DNA of 64,000 nt from an uncultured Chloroflexia bacterium (GTDB taxonomy: Bacteria; Chloroflexota; Limnocylindria; Limnocylindrales; CSP1-4): contig CAWHDR010000001.1 in assembly GCA_963828165.1 (NCBI GenBank), positions 2,839,511 to 2,903,510 of the forward strand. Reading direction: 5' to 3'. The notes below the pieces were generated by a model. The model was not told where the DNA came from and did not search any database. It was given only the letters and a program-made list of their open reading frames with translations. This document shows positions 58,847-64,000 of the stretch, piece by piece. The position numbers were made by a program, and so were the translations under genes. Positions within the stretch are counted from its first letter, which is position 1, and every line of letters starts with the position of its first letter.

Positions 58847-60937
58847 GGGCTTCGGTCGCTGCGGTCGTGGGTTCGGCCTGGACCTGCGGGACGAGGCGGC
58901 CGGCCAGCTCCGTGGCCTGTTCGCGTTCGACGAAGGCCACGATGCGCTCGAGTGCTTCGGGCGCGACGTGGATCCGGGCGTCGTCGAGGGCGAGCTCCTC
59001 GAGGTCCAGTCGGAAGACGTATGACTCGATCGGAGCGCCGCGCGGTCGTTCGAAGGTCCAGTGCGCGACCTCCTCGAAACCCGGCGCGCCCTCGATCGCC
59101 GGGATGATCGTGGGGGCCGCGGTCGACGTACCCGTCGTGTAGACCCAGTAGCTCGCGTCGCTCTCACGCAATTGCCCGATGAGCTTGCCCGCCGAGAACG
59201 CCTGGAATTCGTTGACGTTCTTTGGCGCGATGTCGATCGATACCCAATCGTCGCTCGCCGGCTGATCGAACACCGTGACGCCATCCGGGGCTTCGGCATC
59301 GACCACGACGGTCACGTGGCGGACCTGACGCAGCCTGAAGTCGTCCCGTAGCGGCAGGCCCATCTCGAAGCTGAGGTAGGACCCGAACGCGATCGTGGAC
59401 CCCGGCTCGGCGTTGTCCCGACCCACGCCACGACGGTGTCGACGGCCTCCTCCCTGGTGGCGACGGTCCGGCGGAAGTCGATAGGTCACGAGAACGGCGC
59501 TGGCGCTCACCAGGCCGACGGTCAGCAGGCCCGACCGCGCGTTCGCGCATGGCCGGGTACGTCCGCGGATCGGCGACCGGCGCGGAGCGCAGCGGCGCCG
59601 CACCGCCGCGATCACGCCGACGGCCAGCCCACCGATCAGGCCGATCCGGATCCGACCCCGAAGACGTCGGCGACGGCGGCCCCGAGGATCGGGCCGAAGA
59701 GCGCACCGACGGCCAGGATCGTCGGCGAGGGCCAGCGGCGGAGGGCCGGCTCGAAGAGCCACAGCCAGCCGGCCGCGGCGATACCCGCTCCGATCGAGAG
59801 CTGGGCGAGGTAGTTGCGCGGCGGCTCCCCGACGCCGATGACCAGGATCACGAGCGGGAGGCCACAGATCGTGGCCAGCCACAGGTCTTCCAGGGCTTCG
59901 CGCCCGCCCAACGCCGCGTCCCGGCACGCCACGATCGACAGCAGCAGGCCGACCGCGCCGATCCCGCTCGTCACGAGGATCGGATACCACTGGCGGACGT
60001 ACCCGGCGATCTGTGGCAGATCGATCAGCGCGGTGCCGCGCCCCGCAGCGTGCCCGTGAAGACCAGCGTCAGGCCGGTCACCCACACGATCGTGAGGGCG
60101 ATCACCAGCCAGGTGCGACGGGACCCTCGAGCCGGCCGCCGAGTCGCTCCCCCGCCTCGGCAGGTCGAGCCGGCTCCCGAGCACCGCGGCCAGCCCGAAC
60201 ACCAGCAACGCGAGGCCGATGGGCGCCAGCGTCCACCCCGGGGTCCCCAGGCGGTAGACCCGTCGGTCACCTGTGCCACGAAGATGAACCACGGTGCCAC
60301 CACGGCCGTCGCACCCAGGATCAGCCAGCCGGCAGCACGGAGGATCGGCCGCCACGGTTGCCGATGGAGGACCGCCATAAGGACCGGCACCGGTGCGAGC
60401 GGCAGGTTGATCTCCTTCACCAGGAACCCGAGCCCAAACACCAGCCCGGCCGCGATGGCAACGAGGCGGAGCCCCGGCGGACCGCAACCAGGCCCAGCGC
60501 CAGGTAGGCGACGGCAAGGGTGGCGGACGGGACGTCGAGCCGAGACGTCCTCGTCAGCTCGTGGAGGTAGGTCGTCGCGAGGAGGGCGATCGCCGAAGCC
60601 CGCCGCAGCGGTCGGATCCGCCATGCCAGCGCGGCGCTCACCAGGAGCAGGCCACGCCGCAACGCGTTGAGGAACCGCCCCACGACGAGGGGGTCGATGC
60701 CGAGCGCGACCGCCGGAGCCACGACGACGGTCGACCACACCGGCGCGTGCGAGAGGAAATAGCCACCGAACACGTTCTGTGGCCCCTGCCCCTCGACCAT
60801 GCTGTAGCCGATGCCGAGGTAGTTGGCCTCGTCGAAGGTCACCCCGAACGGGGGGGCGAGCACAGGGCGACGGCGAAGAAGATCGCTGACGACGCGACAA
60901 GGACGATCGACAGCCGCGGTCGGGGCCGGATCGACAT
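58800..60937 (-). CDS. GT-C fold (ArnT/PMT, GT39/83-like) glycosyltransferase; multiple frameshifts
   Basis: TFDEANY, HAPVW, SRLDV and GFLVKE motifs, many TM helices and a soluble C-terminal domain. Confidence 0.75.
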
Positions 60938-61022
60938 GACTCGGGATGGTACCGGGCGCCATCCGTCTGGACTCCCCCCTCCCGGCAGACGCCGAGCCCG
61001 GGCGTGCCCGGCCACGGCCCCC

Positions 61023-62354
61023 CTAGCCTGCTGCGGCGGCGGCCCCGTCCCGTTGGTCGCATCGGTCGCGGCCTGGGCCCACCGTTCCGACGCCGCCTCG
61101 AGCTCGCTGGCGAGCGCCGGCGCCACCCGCCCCACGATGCGGACGTCACGCTCGCCGTACTCGAGCTCGACGGTCCCGCGCTCGCGACCCGCGCGAGCAG
61201 CTCACCCGCGGCGTAGGGCAGCGATGCATCGATGTCGACCCACAGTGTCCGAGCAGCGCCGCGATCTCCGCTCGGAGCGTGTCCATCCCGAAGCCGGTCA
61301 GCGCGGAGACCAGCACGGAACCCGCGACGGCCGGGGCCACCGCGCTGCCGTCAAGGGCGGCTCGTTCCACGAGATCGGCCTTGTTGAACGCCACGAGCCG
61401 CGGCTTCTCCCCGCCCCGAGCTCGTCGAGGACGGTCTGGACCGTCGCCCGGTGCTCCGCGACGTGCGGATCGGACGCGTCGACGACCTCGACCAGCACGT
61501 CCGCGCGGTTGACCTCCTCGAGGGTGGCCCGGAACGCGTCGACCAGCTGGTGCGGCAGCTTGTGGATGAACCCGACGGTGTCGGTGACGATCGCGGTCTG
61601 GCCGTCGCCGAGCTTCACCTGGCGGCTCGTCGGGTCGAGCGTGGCGAAGAGCTTGTCCTCGGCCCGCGCCACCTCGGAACCGACGAGCGCGTTCAGCAGC
61701 GTCGACTTGCCGGCGTTCGTGTAGCCGACGATGCCGACGGTCGGCCACAGGCGCCGGTCCGGCCGCGCGCGGCGGTCGAGCGCTGCTGGCGGACCTGCTC
61801 GACGCGCTCCTTCATCTTCGTGATCCGGTCCGGATGAGCCGGCGGTCGGTCTCGAGCTGGCTCTCGCCGGGACCTCGCGAGCCGATGCCGCCCTGGGTGC
61901 GCGAGAGGTGGGTCCACAGCTTGGTCAGCCGCGGGAGCTGGTATTCGAGCTGCGCGAGCTCGACCTGGAGGCGGCCCTCGTGGGTCTGCGCGTGCAGGGC
62001 GAAGATGTCGAGGATCAGCCGGCTGCGGTCGATGACCTTCACCTTCAGCAGGCCCTCGAGGGCTTTCTGCTGGGCCGGCGACAGCTCGTCGTCGGCGATC
62101 GAGCAGATCGAAGCCGGTCTCGCTCTTGGCCGGCGCGAGCTCCTCCGCCTTGCCCTTGCCGATGTACCAGTTGGGGTCGACGTGGCGGCGGTTCTGCCAC
62201 TCCGCGCCCACGACCTCGGCGCCGGCGGTGGTCGCCAGGTTCGCGAGCTCCGACAGGATTCCTGGGCGGTCCAGCCGTCCTCGTCGCCGGTGTCGACGGC
62301 GACGAGGAAGGCCTTCTCGACCGGCACTTCGAGATCGATGAGGCGGGAGGTCAT
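61023..62354 (-). CDS. hflX: GTPase HflX; multiple frameshifts, 3' end approximate
   Basis: [65 protein letters not shown] and NKAD. Confidence 0.92.
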
Positions 62355-62438
62355 GCGCGTGCAGGATAGCGCGGTCGCGTGATGACGCCCGTGCAACGCC
62401 CTGGCGGTCACGCTCGGGGCTCCCCAGGAGGTGCCCGC

Positions 62439-63046
62439 ATGTCCGACGACCGTGGTGAAACGCGAGGTCCGCTCGATCCCGACGACGTCGCCCTCATCGA
62501 AGAGATCCAGAGCCTTCAGGGCGAGGAGATGCCCGTCGACCAGGACGCGGTGCTGGAGCCCGATGAGATCGAGAGCCGGCGGACACCGACTCGCTGACCG
62601 AGCTCCGACCGGGGTGAGCCTTCGCCGGACCCAGAGGTAGAAGACGGAGATGCCGAGAGCCTCGACGGGCTGGCGCTCGACGACTTGCGCGAGGGCGAGA
62701 CCGATGACCCGGACGTTGCGACGGAGGAAGGACTCGCCTACGTCGCGCCTTCTGACCCGCCCTTCCGGGTCGACGCCGAGGACCCCGAAGGCATCGAGGT
62801 GGCCGGCGCGATCGACGACTCGGGTGAGCTGGATCTGACCGCGCGCATCCGCGACGCCCTCGAGGCCGACAACGCCGCGACGAGCGGGCGACGCGGATCC
62901 GACTCGTCATCGGGACACGCGGCTCAACGGCCGTCGTACGTGGGATCGTCGACGACGTTGACGACAGCGACACGATCGCCTCGGTCATCGAGGCCGTGGA
63001 TGGCGTGGACGAAGTCATCGACGAGACGACGCTCGCCGACGGCTGA
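62439..63046 (+). CDS. Acidic protein with C-terminal BON domain; frameshifted
   Basis: [27 protein letters not shown] and LTARIRDAL...VRGIVDD...VDGVDEV. Confidence 0.65.
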
Positions 63047-63061
63047 CCATCGGCGGCGGAC

Positions 63062-63993
63062 CTAGCCGGTCGCCGTCCGGGCAACGGCGAGCGCCCGGTC
63101 GAACGGGTCTGTCAGCGTCGCCTCCAGCCACTGGACGTCGGGCTCGCTCCGGAACCACGTCCGTTGGCGCTTCGCGAACGCGACATTGCGCTGGGCGTCG
63201 GTCGTCACGGCCTCGTCGAGGGTGCGGCGGCCGTCGGCGACGTCCCAGGCCTCGTGGTACCCGATCGCCGAGAAGGCCGGCAGGTCCGGGTCGTAGCGCT
63301 CGCGAAGGGCCACGGCCTCATCGATGAGCCCGTCGTCGAACTGCGCCCGGGCACGGGCCGCGATCCGACGCTCGTGCTCGGCGCGGTCAACCGTCAGCCC
63401 GATCCAGGCGAAACGGCCCGTCGTAGCCGAGCGGGGCGGGCCGCGGTCCGTCACCGCGTAGCTCGGCGATCTCCAACGCCCGGAGGACACGGCGCGGATT
63501 GGCCGTGTCGGTCTGCGCGGCCAGGGTGGGTGCGAGGACCGTCAGCCGGTCCACGAGCGCAGGCAGCCCGTCGGCGGCGAGCTCCCCTTCGAGTCGCTGC
63601 CGCAGCGCGGGGTCGTCCGGCAGCGCTTCGAGGTCCAGGCCGCGCGCGACGGCCCGCAGGTAGAGCCCCGTGCCGCCGACGAGCAGTGCGACGCCGTCGC
63701 GCTCGGCCACCCCGGTCAGCACCGCTCGGGCGTGCGCGACGAAGTCGGCCAGCGCGAACCGCTCCGGCGGATCGACGAGATCCAGTTCCTCGTGCGGAAC
63801 GCGCGCCCGGTCCGCGGCACGCACCTTGGCCGGGCTCGATGTCCAGGCCGCGGTAGACCTGCCGGGACTGGGCCGAGATGACCGTTGCTGGCCGGCCTTC
63901 CGCGATGAACGCCTCTGCCAGCCGGATCCCGATTTGGGTCTTGCCGGTCGCCGTCGCACCCGCGACCACGACGAGCGGTGGGGCGTCGGCCAT
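63062..63993 (-). CDS. miaA: tRNA dimethylallyltransferase; frameshifted
   Basis: GATATGKT, SRQVYRGLDI, VGGTGLY, NPRRVLRALE, AIGYHE and FAKRQRTWFR. Lies upstream of hflX. Confidence 0.93.
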
Positions 63994-64000
63994 CTGGCCA

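Noticed and set aside
1-64000. tRNA/rRNA genes, transposases, phage structural genes
   Set aside because: None recognisable by eye or in the ORF track.

Overview
GC-rich (about 70% by eye) bacterial chromosomal window. Gene style suggests Chloroflexota or Actinobacteria; that is an inference. Positions 1-38 kb are a patchwork of accessory stress, repair and redox genes: UvrA-like ATPase, LigD ligase domain, two convergent class III nucleotide cyclases, ECF sigma with anti-sigma, GH25, subtilase, RsbQ-like hydrolase plus PAS histidine kinase, SplB-like radical SAM enzyme, cyanophycin synthetase and LLM oxidoreductases. Several gene stumps lie between them, and many genes have leaderless -10/start-codon promoters. 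Positions 38.5-48.3 kb form a putative anti-phage island: DUF559, a reverse-order RES toxin/antitoxin, a DUF2075 helicase, and a lower-GC OLD ATPase-TOPRIM + UG/Abi-like reverse transcriptase (WIDD) + HEPN block. The island ends exactly on a degenerate dif-like Xer site (48304-48331). A canonical dif-like site lies 1177 bp further right (49481-49508), and the two sites bracket a mini element with phage-like Zn-finger ORFs. At 53.4-53.85 kb are two diverged tandem copies of a non-coding unit made of a covarying stem/large internal loop/hairpin plus three DnaA boxes. The right end holds a surface-modification locus (kinase-methyltransferase fusion, YIDPGTGS peptide, two duplicated membrane alkaline-phosphatase-superfamily transferases, GT-C), then hflX and miaA. 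Many genes carry indels that look like long-read errors, so their ORF boundaries are approximate.
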